Position numbers and translations under genes: made by a program. 64,000 bases of DNA, from positions 1,714 to 65,713 of the forward strand of contig JBAYFM010000008.1 in the NCBI GenBank assembly GCA_041667185.1, read 5' to 3'. Below, one piece after another: positions 48,265-59,153 of this stretch; the first letter of the stretch is position 1, and every line of letters begins with the position of its first letter. Under the pieces are notes generated by a model that saw only the letters and a program-made list of their open reading frames with translations, searched no databases and was not told where the DNA came from. The DNA comes from Patescibacteria group bacterium. GTDB lineage: Bacteria > Patescibacteriota > Patescibacteriia > SG8-24.

Positions 48265-50067
48265 ATGGGTTTTTTCTTCGGCCAAGGTATCAAGTTGCGT
48301 CCCCGCCAGGCGATCCTGGGATTGGCGTCCGGCGTTCAGCTGGGCGTCATGGCGGTCATTTTCCTGCTGCCGCTGCTCCTGCCGGTCGCCGCTCTCGGCC
48401 AGGGCGCCGCTCCCGATCCGGGGATTTTGGATCAGGCCATGAAAGAGAGCCGCTGCTTCCAGCTCATCGAGTGCAACAAGGACATGCTCGACCAGACGCT
48501 GTGCACGAACAGCCCGCAGAATTGCTGTCTCGGCGATCGCTGCTTCGAACGCAACACCGCGTGCGGCTCGGGTTCGGGCAAGACCGCATCCGGATTCTGC
48601 TTCGCCAAATCTCCGCCCTTCCAGCTCGCAGTGAGTTTCGGCGGCACCAACACCGTGGTCGACCTGAGCGACTACATCGTCAGGGTCTATAAGTTCGCCA
48701 TCGGCATCGCCGCCATCCTCGCCGCCGTGATGATGATGGTCGGCGGTTTCCTGTATCTGACCGCGGCCGATTCCGGACGCGTCTCCCGCGGCAAGGAATA
48801 CATCGTCGATGCTTTGACCGGTCTGGTCGTGGCTTTCAGCGCTTTCCTGCTCCTGAACACCGTCAATCCTGATACGGTTTCGCTGGCGCTGCCGAAGATC
48901 CCGGTCGTCAAAAAGCAGGCGTACGTCGGCTGCACTCTGACTGATTATTGCGCCGGCTGCGGCTTGGAATACGGCATTACCCAAGCGTTCATTGATGATC
49001 TGAGCGCTGGCCTGACCGGCCAGGGGGCTTTCAAAGGGGAAGGGTCCAATAAGGTCTTTTGTTCGCCGGACTACATCCTGACGAATATCTCGAGCGGCAG
49101 CGGTTACGTGGCCAAGTGCGTCGGCAAAGTTTGCGACCCTAGCTTGTATCGGTCGGGCAGCGCGCCGCCGGCGACCTGCAACATGAATCTGCACAGCTGC
49201 CAGAAACCCGCGGCGCCGACCGATGTACCGGCTTGCGGCACTGAAGTCGCTCAGGCCATCAAATTGGCTTCGTTGCCGGCCGGTTCGCCGCCGCCAGCCC
49301 CGGATCAGCAGTATCCGGCCTGGTTCTGCCGCTCATGCAATCCTCTCGGTTCGGCTTGTTCGCCGACAGGCCAGAATCCCCGGTGTTGCGGCGGTTATTG
49401 CGGCCAGGGCGGCTGCACCACCGGCCAACCCGGCGACGCGTGCAACGACAACAAGGATTGCGCCTCGAATATCTGCCAGACCAACTGGGGGAATTCCTGT
49501 TCCGAGGGATTGGTCGGCGCGCCCTGCACCAACGATAAGGAGTGTCGCGCGGGTTTCAAATGCAACACCGCGAATAAGAATGTCTGTACTCCGGGCAATA
49601 AATTTTCCAAGTGCTCCAGCGATAGCGAGTGTAATACGGGATTCTGTAACACCGGGCTTGGTATTTGTGTGAACAGTCCGAGCGAGGCGCTTGTTCGGCC
49701 CAGTTCGACATGTTCGAACGCCGAATGTTCGCGTCTGACTGGCGGGGTATTGAACTATTGCAGCAGTCAAATATCCAGGTGCACCGACGGCTCCGATGGA
49801 TCGCCTTGCGGTCGCGAGTCTGATTGCGCCTCGGGTCGGTGCGTGGCTTTAGCCGGCATCAGGATCTGCACTTCCGGCGAGTCTGGTTCGGCCTGTGATA
49901 ATGACTCGGATTGTATCAGCGGCCATTGTTTCACCGAGGGTGATTTCAACGTGTGTACGACCGGCGGTCCTGGCAGCCGCTGTAATAATGCCGAAGGATG
50001 CAACCAGGACAGCAGACTGCGGATGGATTGCCTTGGAAATCGCTGCGTTTTCCGGACCGGCACCTGA
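48265..50067 (+). CDS. Pilin-like (TrbC/VirB2-type hydrophobic core) protein with long Cys-rich repeats
   Basis: YIVRVYKFAIGIAAILAAVMMMVGGFLYLTA...LLNTVNP core; C-terminal GxxCxxxxxCxSxxC repeats; start uncertain. Confidence 0.75.
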   Translation: MGFFFGQGIKLRPRQAILGLASGVQLGVMAVIFLLPLLLPVAALGQGAAPDPGILDQAMKESRCFQLIECNKDMLDQTLCTNSPQNCCLGDRCFERNTACGSGSGKTASGFCFAKSPPFQLAVSFGGTNTVVDLSDYIVRVYKFAIGIAAILAAVMMMVGGFLYLTAADSGRVSRGKEYIVDALTGLVVAFSAFLLLNTVNPDTVSLALPKIPVVKKQAYVGCTLTDYCAGCGLEYGITQAFIDDLSAGLTGQGAFKGEGSNKVFCSPDYILTNISSGSGYVAKCVGKVCDPSLYRSGSAPPATCNMNLHSCQKPAAPTDVPACGTEVAQAIKLASLPAGSPPPAPDQQYPAWFCRSCNPLGSACSPTGQNPRCCGGYCGQGGCTTGQPGDACNDNKDCASNICQTNWGNSCSEGLVGAPCTNDKECRAGFKCNTANKNVCTPGNKFSKCSSDSECNTGFCNTGLGICVNSPSEALVRPSSTCSNAECSRLTGGVLNYCSSQISRCTDGSDGSPCGRESDCASGRCVALAGIRICTSGESGSACDNDSDCISGHCFTEGDFNVCTTGGPGSRCNNAEGCNQDSRLRMDCLGNRCVFRTGT

Positions 50068-50208
50068 TCGCGCTCCGGTTGCGGGCGCACCCCCGACATC
50101 TTTAATGAACGACTCGGCTCCGCGGCGCAAACCGCGGAGTTTTGAGCTTAAAAATGCCGGTTTGCCGCGCTCCGGAGATATTCTGGAACGCCGGTCTGAG
50201 CGCCACCC

Positions 50209-50237
50209 TTGCCAAGACCCGGACCAAGCGATATACT
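50209..50237 (+). promoter_or_regulatory. uvrA promoter TTGCCA-17-TATACT
   Basis: Near-consensus boxes and spacing. Confidence 0.6.
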
Positions 50238-50307
50238 GGGAACTAACTTTTGTCTTTCCGGCCGCCGGACCGCAAGAAGGACCGGCTGACGGCTAACCGC
50301 GACCGCC

Positions 50308-53184
50308 ATGAGCCAGCAGGGTTCGAGTATCATCATCAAGGGCGCCCGCGTCCACAATCTCAAGAATATTGACGTGGAGATCCCGAAGAATAAATTCGTG
50401 GTCATCACGGGACTTTCAGGTTCGGGAAAATCGTCGTTGGCTTTCGACACCATCTATGCCGAGGGGCAGCGGCGGTACGTCGAGAGTCTGTCGTCGTACG
50501 CGCGGCAATTTTTGGAACTGCAGGACAAGCCGGACGCGGACGAGATCCGTGGCTTGTCGCCGACCATCGCCATCGAGCAGCGCACCATTTCCGCGAATCC
50601 GCGCTCGACCGTCGGCACCGTGACTGAGGTCTACGATTACCTGCGGTTGCTGTTCGCGCGCGCCGGCCGGCCGAATTGCCCGAAGTGCAAAAAGCCCGTG
50701 ACGCACGAGAGCCCGCACGAGATCGCCAAACGCGTTCGCTTGCTCATCGACGAGACGCCGCTCGCGATCCTGGCTCCGGTCGTCCGCGACGAGAAGGGTC
50801 TGCACAAGCATCTTTTGGATTGGGCCGCCAAGAACGGCTTCAAGGAGGTCCGCTACGACGGTGTCTTCGCGCCGATCGACGAGATGCGCACCATCCGCCG
50901 CGACCGCGAAAAACGCTCCACCATCGAGATCGTCATCGCTCGCTACGAGCAGCACGACGAATCGCCGCACCTCGAGGAGCAGATAGCCAAGGCCTTCGAT
51001 CTGGCCGACGGCTTCCTGCGCATCTGGCGCACTGATTCCGGCGAGGACATCGGTTTCAGCCAGCGGCTGACCTGTCCGACCTGCGGCCTCAACCTGCCCG
51101 AACTCGAGCCACGGCTCTTTTCTTTCAATAGTCCGCACGGCGCCTGCGCCGACTGCACCGGCCTCGGCACCAAGCTGAAGGTCGAGCCGGATCTCGTGAT
51201 CCCGAATCCGCGCCTGACGCTCGCTCAGGGCGCCATCAAACCGTGGACCCGCATCGCCGGCAACCAGAACTGGTACATGAAACTGCTGGCCGCGGTCGCC
51301 GAGACGCACGGGTTCTCGCTCGACCTGCCGGCCGACAAACTCGAACAGCGCGCGCTCGACCTCGTGATGTACGGGACGGGGGAGGAGACGTATCTGGTCG
51401 ACGGCCAGAAAGCCGCTTTCGAGGGCGTCATCCCGAACCTGGAGAAGCGCTACAAGGAGACTGACTCGGATTACGTGCGCCACGAGATCGAGTCCTACAT
51501 GAACGTGGTCATCTGTCCGACCTGCGTCGGCAAGCGTTTGCGCCCCGAAGCCCTGGCCGTGACTTTCGGCGGCCGGACCATCGCCGAGGTCGTCGGCCTG
51601 CCGATCGACGAGGCCGCGGTTTTCTTCGAGGGCCTGGCGAATGCCGCCAAAGCCATCATCGGTAAGCCGGAAAAACGCGTCAAGGAAGCCAAAAAAGAGA
51701 GTGTCCTGAACGACCGTGAGGCCAGGATCTCCGCTCAGGCTTTGCGCGAAGCGGTCGTCCGCCTCAAGAATCTCGTTGATGTCGGCCTCGGCTACCTCAC
51801 TCTCGACCGCTCGGCCGTGTCGCTCTCCGGCGGCGAGCTGCAGCGCGTGCGTCTGGCCACTCAGCTCGGCACCGGCCTCTCCGGCGTCATTTATATTTTG
51901 GACGAGCCATCGATCGGCCTGCATTCGCGCGACAACGACCGGCTCATCACCGCGCTCAAGAAACTCCGCGATCTCGGCAACACGGTCATCGTCGTCGAAC
52001 ATGACGCCGCGACCATGGAGGCGGCCGACTACCTGATCGACATGGGTCCGGGTGCCGGCGTGTTCGGCGGCGAGATCATCGCCGAGGGCACTCCGGCCGA
52101 GGTCCGGCGCAACAAGGATTCGCTGACCGGGCGCTACCTCACCGGCAAGGATGAGATCCCGATCCCTAAGAAATACCGCCGCGGCTCCGGCAAGGCGCTC
52201 TTCATCAAAGGCGCGACGGAATTCAACCTGAAGAACGTTGACGCGCGCATCCCGCTCGGCCAGCTCGTCTGTGTCACGGGTGTTTCCGGCTCCGGCAAAT
52301 CCACGCTCATCGTCGACATCCTGAGCCGCTCCCTGATGCGCAAACTTTATCGCGCCAAGGAACCGCCGGGCGCGCACAAGGACATCAAGGGCTTGAACGA
52401 ACTCGACAAGGTCATCAGCATCGACCAGTCGCCGATCGGCCGCACGCCGCGCTCGAATCCGGCCACCTACACCGGCGTTTTCACGGTCATCCGCGATCTC
52501 TTCACCGAGATGCCGGAAGCGAAGATGAAGGGTTATGACGCCGGCAAGTTCAGCTTCAACGTCAAAGGCGGCGGCCGCTGCGAAGCCTGCGGCGGCGAAG
52601 GCATGGTGCGGATCGAGATGCAGTTCCTGCCCGACGTCTACATCGATTGCGCCGAGTGCCACGGCCAGCGCTACAATGCCGAGGCGCTGGAGGTCCATTA
52701 TAAGGATAAGACCATCGCCGACGTGCTCGCCATGTCGGTCGAACAGGCGGCCAAGTTCTTCGCCGACCAGCCGCTCATCAGCGAGAAGCTGTCCGTGCTG
52801 CAGGAGGTCGGCCTCGGTTATCTCAAACTCGGCCAGTCGGCCACGACGCTTTCGGGCGGCGAGGCCCAGCGCGTGAAACTCGCGACCGAACTCTCGCGCC
52901 GCGCCACCGGCCGCACGCTCTACATCCTGGACGAGCCGACCACCGGCCTGCATTTCGATGACATCAAGCGCCTGCTCGGCGTCCTGAATCAGCTCGTGGA
53001 CAAGGGTAATTCGGTGCTCATCATCGAACACAATCTCGACGTCATCAAATCCGCGGATTGGGTCCTGGACCTCGGTCCAGAGGGCGGTATCGGTGGCGGC
53101 CGGATCGTGGCCGAAGGCACGCCGAAGGACATCGCCAAGGTCAAAGGCTCCTGGACCGGCCAATATCTGAAGAAGGTGCTTTAA
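50308..53184 (+). CDS. uvrA: Excinuclease ABC subunit A
   Basis: [38 protein letters not shown], Zn fingers. Confidence 0.97.
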   Translation: MSQQGSSIIIKGARVHNLKNIDVEIPKNKFVVITGLSGSGKSSLAFDTIYAEGQRRYVESLSSYARQFLELQDKPDADEIRGLSPTIAIEQRTISANPRSTVGTVTEVYDYLRLLFARAGRPNCPKCKKPVTHESPHEIAKRVRLLIDETPLAILAPVVRDEKGLHKHLLDWAAKNGFKEVRYDGVFAPIDEMRTIRRDREKRSTIEIVIARYEQHDESPHLEEQIAKAFDLADGFLRIWRTDSGEDIGFSQRLTCPTCGLNLPELEPRLFSFNSPHGACADCTGLGTKLKVEPDLVIPNPRLTLAQGAIKPWTRIAGNQNWYMKLLAAVAETHGFSLDLPADKLEQRALDLVMYGTGEETYLVDGQKAAFEGVIPNLEKRYKETDSDYVRHEIESYMNVVICPTCVGKRLRPEALAVTFGGRTIAEVVGLPIDEAAVFFEGLANAAKAIIGKPEKRVKEAKKESVLNDREARISAQALREAVVRLKNLVDVGLGYLTLDRSAVSLSGGELQRVRLATQLGTGLSGVIYILDEPSIGLHSRDNDRLITALKKLRDLGNTVIVVEHDAATMEAADYLIDMGPGAGVFGGEIIAEGTPAEVRRNKDSLTGRYLTGKDEIPIPKKYRRGSGKALFIKGATEFNLKNVDARIPLGQLVCVTGVSGSGKSTLIVDILSRSLMRKLYRAKEPPGAHKDIKGLNELDKVISIDQSPIGRTPRSNPATYTGVFTVIRDLFTEMPEAKMKGYDAGKFSFNVKGGGRCEACGGEGMVRIEMQFLPDVYIDCAECHGQRYNAEALEVHYKDKTIADVLAMSVEQAAKFFADQPLISEKLSVLQEVGLGYLKLGQSATTLSGGEAQRVKLATELSRRATGRTLYILDEPTTGLHFDDIKRLLGVLNQLVDKGNSVLIIEHNLDVIKSADWVLDLGPEGGIGGGRIVAEGTPKDIAKVKGSWTGQYLKKVL

Positions 53185-53207
53185 ACGCCGGGAACCTGAT
53201 TATTCTT

Positions 53208-54266
53208 ATGCCAAACTCGCCAATCGATCGGCCTCCGGGTAGCGGCGCGACGGGTGAATTCGAACACATTGACCGCCTGGTCGGAGCTTCCGATCGGGAG
53301 ATCGAGGTTGAAGCGCAATGTTTGGCGGCGAGCGGGAGCGAGGCGCCGGAAGTGAAAATAGGCGACCGGCGGCTTGAATTCCGCGAGACCGAAAAGACCG
53401 AACGCGACCGGCAGATCATCGGACTGGCCTCGGCCGCGGTCGATGCGCTCATGCGCGAATACGGCCGCGAGCGTACCGTCGAGATCCCGGACGAAAATCT
53501 GCATTTGGTCGAAGCTCAAGCCGATATCTCCGGTTTTTACGACCCGCGCCGGCGGCAGTTGGCGGTCGCCAGGAAACCTGGGCACGACGCCAAACTGGCC
53601 GCGGATCTGTTTCATGAACTGGTACACGCCAAATCTTATAACGCGCTTCGGGTCAAGGACGTTGACGACCGCGAGGTCGAGTACTATCGGACCGGTTTGT
53701 TGACCGTGAGCCGCGAGGGGCGCACGCATTTCCGCGATCTGAACGAGGCTGTGGTCCAGACCCTGACCCTGGATTTTTTCGATCAGGTCGTCGAGAAGAA
53801 CGAATTGTTTCGTGATGAAATGTTCATGCCCGGTCGTAGCGGCGGGGCCCGGGGGCACGAGGAAGGGATTTATTGGGCCGAGCGATACCATTTTCAGGCC
53901 CTGACCCGGGCCTTATGGGAGCGTGATCGTGAGCAGGCGGCCGCGGGCGGCGAGCCGCGTTTCGGCAACGAGGAAGAGGTCAAACAGATGTTCTTCCGGG
54001 CTTCAGTGACCGGCAATCTGCTCGAGGTCGGCCGGGTGGTCGAGGCGGCCTGGGGCCCCGGCAGTTTGCGCAAATTAGGACTTTCTTTGGAGGAATTCTG
54101 CCGGGAGAATATCTATACCAAGCGCGGCCCCGGCCTGATCGACAGCCTGATCCAGCGGCTTAAGAAACCGGTCAAGGAGGTCGGCCGCAAGTGTTCTGAG
54201 CTTATCAGCGATAATGCCGACCTGGCCAAGAGCTTATTCGATAAGTTGCGGCCGCCGCAGGATTGA
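53208..54266 (+). CDS. Hypothetical zincin-like protein
   Basis: GFY...FHELVH followed by LNEAVV. Confidence 0.6.
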   Translation: MPNSPIDRPPGSGATGEFEHIDRLVGASDREIEVEAQCLAASGSEAPEVKIGDRRLEFRETEKTERDRQIIGLASAAVDALMREYGRERTVEIPDENLHLVEAQADISGFYDPRRRQLAVARKPGHDAKLAADLFHELVHAKSYNALRVKDVDDREVEYYRTGLLTVSREGRTHFRDLNEAVVQTLTLDFFDQVVEKNELFRDEMFMPGRSGGARGHEEGIYWAERYHFQALTRALWERDREQAAAGGEPRFGNEEEVKQMFFRASVTGNLLEVGRVVEAAWGPGSLRKLGLSLEEFCRENIYTKRGPGLIDSLIQRLKKPVKEVGRKCSELISDNADLAKSLFDKLRPPQD

Positions 54267-54324
54267 CAAAATCTTCAGTTTGTGCTATAAATAATGGTTC
54301 TAATGACCATTTTTTATTGTAATT

Positions 54325-56058
54325 ATGCGTAATTTCAAGCAGATCTACGCCCTTATTTCGACCGCTGGCCTGCTTCTCGGCTCGCTGCTCCTGCCGCTTC
54401 AGGCGCAGGCTGCTGAAGCCGTGCCTGTTTCGGGCGGTGTCGGCCCCTGGGTCGTCACCAATCTCGCGGCTGATAACGGCGACTGGAGCGTCGAATTTTT
54501 CAAGATCGACCGCAACCTGATCGCCTGGACCGAACTCAACCAGCGCGAGAGTCTGCGCCGGCTTTACGCTTTCGACGGCGTGAAGACGAAGCTTCTGGCT
54601 TCGCTCACGGTCGCCGAGTGGGAGAATCCGACTGACGCGGGTTTCTATGATCCCCAGTCCGGCAATTTCGACGTGGCCGACGGCCTGGTCGTCTGGGTCC
54701 AGAACGACGGCATGGATCGCGAGATCATGAGCTACAACGGCTATCAGATCGCCGCGGTCTCGAACAACACTTACGACGACAAACACCCGATCACGTCCCG
54801 CAGCCGCGTGGCCTGGACGAGCGTTCCCGGCGCTTCCTACAACCTGATGGTCAAGGACGCCGCCGGCACCCGCCGGGTCGACAGCTACCAGGTGATGAAC
54901 TACGCCTTCTCGGGCCAGAACCTGTTCTGGCTCAACAAGCGCGGCAACGAGAACTGGTTCCGCGTCTTCCGCGATGACGGCAAGACCGTCCTGCCGGTCG
55001 GCGAAGGCGATGATCGTCCGCTTTGGAAATATTTCTTCACTGACGGCAAAGGCACCGCCGCCTGGGAGTACTCGACCAAGAACTGGAGCTACGACAAACG
55101 CGTCGTCTATCTCTCGTATCTGGGCACGGCCGCCCGTCGCATCATCCAGCGCGACGTGCCGCCGAACGTCACCCGCATCGAGGACGTCGACGGCGACAAG
55201 GTGCTCCTGAATTCGCACGACCTCCTGACCTCGCTCCTGGCCGACACCATGCTCATCGAATCGAACGGCTTCCAGGACAAGTACCTGTTGCGCAAGGTCT
55301 CTTTCATCAAGGCGCGCTTCCTCGACGGCGGCATCGTTCATCATCTCGTGCCAGAGACCGCGAGCGCCATGGTCTTCATGAAGAACGGCGCGGGCGAAGA
55401 TTACGTCAGTTTCGATCATGTGATTCTGGATAGGTTCGAGGCCGACGGCAATGTCGCGGCCGGCGCCCTGCTCAAGGGCGGCGTCGTGACCTACGTGAAC
55501 GGCGAACGTGTCGATATTCCGACTAGCTCGCAGGTGCGCGAGATCAGCGTCCGGAACGGCGACATCGGCTTCATTGAGGGCCAGTCTGGCCAGAGCATCC
55601 TGAAATTCGCTTCGCAGTCAGTGCTGGTCAAGGCCGCGTCCGGAGCCAAGCAGCTCTCTGGCCACCTGGTCCGGATCTCGGGTTCGGCCAACGTCTATCT
55701 GGCCGCCTCGGACGGCAAGCGTTATCTCTTCCCGTCGCAGGGCCAGTTCTTCGGCTGGTACGCGGATTTCGCCTCGGTGCGGGTCGTGTCGTCCCAGTCG
55801 CTCTCCGGGATCCAGATCGGCGGCAAGGCGCTCTATCGGCCGGGTTACCGGCTGGTGCGCGCCGTCAATTCGCCGCGGGTCTACGCGGTCGGCGACAACG
55901 GCGTGCTGCATTGGGTGCAGAGCGAGGACGTCCTGATCGCGCTGTTCGGCCGGGAGTGGTATCACCAGATGGATCTCATGTCCGACGTCGACCTGGCTGA
56001 TTACATCCAGGGTTCGGCGATCAGCGACCTCAGCAAATATTATCTGGCTCTCAATTGA
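54325..56058 (+). CDS. Secreted/surface protein, beta-rich, with C-terminal 'LVK...VY...GKR..F' repeat domain
   Basis: Signal peptide ending AQA; TTGACA-17-TATAAA promoter upstream. Confidence 0.7.
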   Translation: MRNFKQIYALISTAGLLLGSLLLPLQAQAAEAVPVSGGVGPWVVTNLAADNGDWSVEFFKIDRNLIAWTELNQRESLRRLYAFDGVKTKLLASLTVAEWENPTDAGFYDPQSGNFDVADGLVVWVQNDGMDREIMSYNGYQIAAVSNNTYDDKHPITSRSRVAWTSVPGASYNLMVKDAAGTRRVDSYQVMNYAFSGQNLFWLNKRGNENWFRVFRDDGKTVLPVGEGDDRPLWKYFFTDGKGTAAWEYSTKNWSYDKRVVYLSYLGTAARRIIQRDVPPNVTRIEDVDGDKVLLNSHDLLTSLLADTMLIESNGFQDKYLLRKVSFIKARFLDGGIVHHLVPETASAMVFMKNGAGEDYVSFDHVILDRFEADGNVAAGALLKGGVVTYVNGERVDIPTSSQVREISVRNGDIGFIEGQSGQSILKFASQSVLVKAASGAKQLSGHLVRISGSANVYLAASDGKRYLFPSQGQFFGWYADFASVRVVSSQSLSGIQIGGKALYRPGYRLVRAVNSPRVYAVGDNGVLHWVQSEDVLIALFGREWYHQMDLMSDVDLADYIQGSAISDLSKYYLALN

Positions 56059-56127
56059 CCGACAGACCGTGAAAAACAAAACGCCCGTCATCATCGCGAT
56101 GGCGGGCGTTTGATTTTCAGTGCGGCC

Positions 56128-56529
56128 TTACTTCACCTCTTTCAAAGCTCTCTTGGACGTGCGGGTGTAGTAGAGTTTGGCTTTGCGGACGCGGAGGCTT
56201 TTCACTTCCTCGAATTTGGCGATGACCGGCGAGCGCAGCGGGAAGATCCTTTCCACGCCGACGCCGCTCGCGATCTTGCGGACGGTGATGGTCGCGCTCT
56301 GGGCGTCCTTGCCTTTCTTGGCGATGACCGTGCCTTCAAAGACCTGGATGCGCTCGCGCTCCTCGCCTTTGGTGTTCAATTCTTTGACCTTCAGATGTAC
56401 GCGGACGACGGCGCCGGGTTTGATCTTGGAAGGATCCTTGATCTCCTGGCCTTTGACGGCCGAAACTTCCGGAGTGGCTTCCGGCTGGGCGTCGTTAGTG
56501 ACTTTCAGATCGTTCTTTTCGTCGGCCAT
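56128..56529 (-). CDS. rplS: 50S ribosomal protein L19
   Basis: [35 protein letters not shown]. Confidence 0.96.
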   Translation of the reverse strand: MADEKNDLKVTNDAQPEATPEVSAVKGQEIKDPSKIKPGAVVRVHLKVKELNTKGEERERIQVFEGTVIAKKGKDAQSATITVRKIASGVGVERIFPLRSPVIAKFEEVKSLRVRKAKLYYTRTSKRALKEVK

Positions 56530-56726
56530 ATAGGTCCAATTTACGTGTCTATAATGCAGAAACAACCTAGATTCGAGGTTGTCAGTAGAGCGACGATATC
56601 ATAGACGGGTTGATTATTCAAGTCAATGGGGTGCCAGGGTAATGGTGGTCTGGCGACGGGGCGCATCTTTGCTTCGCTCAGCTCCACTGGGCACGTAAAA
56701 ACACCAGCTCGTCTGGTGTTTTTACG

Positions 56727-56801
56727 TGGTCGGCCCGGATGGATTCGAACCATCGACCAACGCCTTATAAGAGCGCTGCTCTACCGCTGAGCTACGGGCC
56801 G
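56727..56801 (-). tRNA. tRNA-Ile(TAT)
   Basis: CGGCCCGTAGCTCAGCGGTAGAGCAGCGCT-CTTATAA-GGCGT...GGTTCGAATCC...CGGGCCGACCA. Confidence 0.9.
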
Positions 56802-56864
56802 AGATGAGTTGTGATCGAAGCGAGACTGTGCTGGTCTGACCGCCAAACGATCAGCCGAGCCTTG

Positions 56865-56985
56865 TCCCCCGCAGCTTCACCCTTCTTCGCTAAAGCTACG
56901 AAGGGTCTGAGGACTGCCCAGTTTTTTGTCGACGTGCCGAAACAGTTTTTGGGCAGGCCCATCGCAGCTTCAGCGAAGGTGGGGC
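56865..56985. repeat. Nested palindromic elements (CTTCGCTAAAGCTACG family)
   Basis: cccccgcagcttca[cccttcttcgctaaagctacgaaggg...ctgccca...tgggcag]cgcagcttcagcgaaggtggg. Confidence 0.7.
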
Positions 56986-57075
56986 GGATGGGGAAGCTAC
57001 GGGCCGGTAGGCCGCCAAAATATATCAATCAAGCGGCCTGTTGGCAACGGAGCGCAACGCCAGTATACTGACCCC

Positions 57076-58023
57076 ATGAATATTTCCCATACGGTCCAAC
57101 CCGAAGAGAACGGCTCCCGCTTCGATGTCCTGCTGGCGAAGCTTTTTACCGAACGCTCGCGCTCGCAGCTGCAGAAACTCATCAAGCAGGGCGTCATCAG
57201 ATTGAACGGCAAAAAGGTCACGCCGCATTTCGCCGTCGAGACCGGCGACGTGATCGAGAGCTCCGTTGATCTGGAGAGCGTCATCGAACGCCCGACCAGT
57301 CTCAAGCCGCGTCCGGATATCGCCATCAACGTCATCCACGACGAGGAATCTTTCGCGGTCGTCGAAAAACCGGCCGGCCTGCTCATGCACCCGACCGTGC
57401 GCGCCGAGACCGAGACTTTGGCTGCGGCCGTCCTCGCCCGCTGGCCGGAGATCGCCGCGGTCGGCGAATCTTTCGAGCGCCCCGGCATCATGCAGCGCCT
57501 CGACAAGGAGGCATCGGGCCTCGTCGTCATCGCCAAGACTCCCGCAGCCTACGACTCGCTGAAGAAACAATTCCAGGAACACACGATCGAAAAAGAATAT
57601 TCCGTGCTGGCCCACGGCCATACGCCCAAGGATTCGGGAACGATCGATCTGGCCATTGGCCGCGCGGCGAGTGGCGACAAGATGGCGGCGCGGTCCGAAC
57701 CCATGGAAGGCGACCGGCCGGCCGTGACCCATTACCGCGTCGAGCAATATTATACGAATTCGGCGCTGCTCGCGGTCCGGACCGAGACCGGGCGCACGCA
57801 TCAGATCCGCGCCCATCTCAAGGCGCTGGGTAATCCGATCGTCGGCGACACGTTGTATCACCCCAAGCTGGGGATGGGCTTCAAGACCGCTTCACCGCGC
57901 CTGTTCCTGCACGCCCGCCTGCTCGCATTCACGAATCCGGCCACGGGCGTTCGCGTCGAATTCCACTCGCCTTTGCCGGCGGACCTACAGGAAGTGCTTC
58001 AACCACTCAAGAAATCCAAATAG
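57076..58023 (+). CDS. RluA/RluD-family pseudouridine synthase with S4 domain
   Basis: RSRSQLQKLI, KPAGL, QRLDKEASGL, TGRTHQIRAH, IVGDTLY, LHA. Confidence 0.93.
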   Translation: MNISHTVQPEENGSRFDVLLAKLFTERSRSQLQKLIKQGVIRLNGKKVTPHFAVETGDVIESSVDLESVIERPTSLKPRPDIAINVIHDEESFAVVEKPAGLLMHPTVRAETETLAAAVLARWPEIAAVGESFERPGIMQRLDKEASGLVVIAKTPAAYDSLKKQFQEHTIEKEYSVLAHGHTPKDSGTIDLAIGRAASGDKMAARSEPMEGDRPAVTHYRVEQYYTNSALLAVRTETGRTHQIRAHLKALGNPIVGDTLYHPKLGMGFKTASPRLFLHARLLAFTNPATGVRVEFHSPLPADLQEVLQPLKKSK

Positions 58024-58183
58024 CAGCGTAAATCTAGCTGAAAATACGGAAAAACAGCCGCGTTCCAGCGGTTGTTTTTTGATCTCTAATACGGCGAAAT
58101 ACGATGTGGGCGTTCTTATTGACATTAGCCGGCAAACGGGCTAAGTTTCTCTGTCGTACCTTCAAAATGAAAGGGGTTAGGAC

Positions 58184-58444
58184 ATGGCCAGATTTTGCCG
58201 TTGGCTCGACCGTTTGAGCCAGACCAAAAGGTTCCTGATCTTTCTGTCCGTCGTGTCGGTTTTCATCCTGATCGCCAATGACGGGATTTCTGTTTCCCGG
58301 TCCCGCATCAGCATTGATCTGGAGGTTGTCGGTCTGAGCGCGATGCTGTTCGTACTCGCGGCCGTGATCCACCATCTCTATTTCCACAAACCGCCACCCA
58401 GTTTGCGCGTGATCAAAGGAGGCAAGCATGAGAAACGAACGTAA
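58184..58444 (+). CDS. Small 2-TM hypothetical membrane protein
   Basis: Two hydrophobic segments; overlaps the next gene. Confidence 0.55.
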   Translation: MARFCRWLDRLSQTKRFLIFLSVVSVFILIANDGISVSRSRISIDLEVVGLSAMLFVLAAVIHHLYFHKPPPSLRVIKGGKHEKRT

Positions 58445-59084
58445 GTTCGAGATCGGACTCATTGATTGGAACGGAACGTTGCAGAATGATCTAGGCCACA
58501 TCTACGAATGCGGCGTGCAGCGGATCTTCCGCCATTTCAAACTGCCATGTCCCAGTCTCGATGATTACCGCAACGAGGTGACCGCGGATTTCATGACCAG
58601 TTTCTACTGGCCGCGCGGCATCCCGGCCGAGATCTCGGCCGCCGATCTCAACGCCATCATGAGCGAGGGATTCAAGGCCAAGGGCGTGCCGGCCGGCGTC
58701 TTCGCCGACGCGCTTGGGACGATGCGCAAGCTCCGGCGTCGCGGCTATCCACTGGTCCTTGTGAGCGGTTATGACAGCCGCAAGCTGGCCGAAGCGGTCG
58801 CTCGCCACGGCTTTACGGACCTGTTTGAGGAAGTGATCGGCGATGCGCGCGACAAGCCGGCGGTTTTTGCCGATCTTCTCAGGAAACGCGGTTTGTCCGG
58901 CAGCGCCGCCGCCGTCGTCGGCGATACGATCGAGGATGCCGCCGCCGCCGCTGCGATTGGCGCCGTGCCGTTCATCTGTCCGCGCGGTTTTCATGCCATC
59001 GAGCGGATCCTGCCGCTTCTCATCGTCGTACCGAATCTGGTCATCGTTGATGATCTGCGCCATCTCCTGCCGTTCTTTCCGTGA
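58428..59084 (+). CDS. HAD-family hydrolase
   Basis: DWNGTL, LVLVSG, DKP, VGDTIED. Confidence 0.85.
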   Translation: MRNERKFEIGLIDWNGTLQNDLGHIYECGVQRIFRHFKLPCPSLDDYRNEVTADFMTSFYWPRGIPAEISAADLNAIMSEGFKAKGVPAGVFADALGTMRKLRRRGYPLVLVSGYDSRKLAEAVARHGFTDLFEEVIGDARDKPAVFADLLRKRGLSGSAAAVVGDTIEDAAAAAAIGAVPFICPRGFHAIERILPLLIVVPNLVIVDDLRHLLPFFP

Positions 59085-59153
59085 TCGTCTTCAAGCGGCC
59101 TTTCGAGGCCGCTTTTTTGTTTGTAAAATATCTCAATTTTCGCTACAATAATC

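Noticed and set aside
57490-57510. Inactive pseudouridine synthase (QRLD instead of HRLD)
   Set aside because: The catalytic Asp and the other motifs are intact; ordinary variation.
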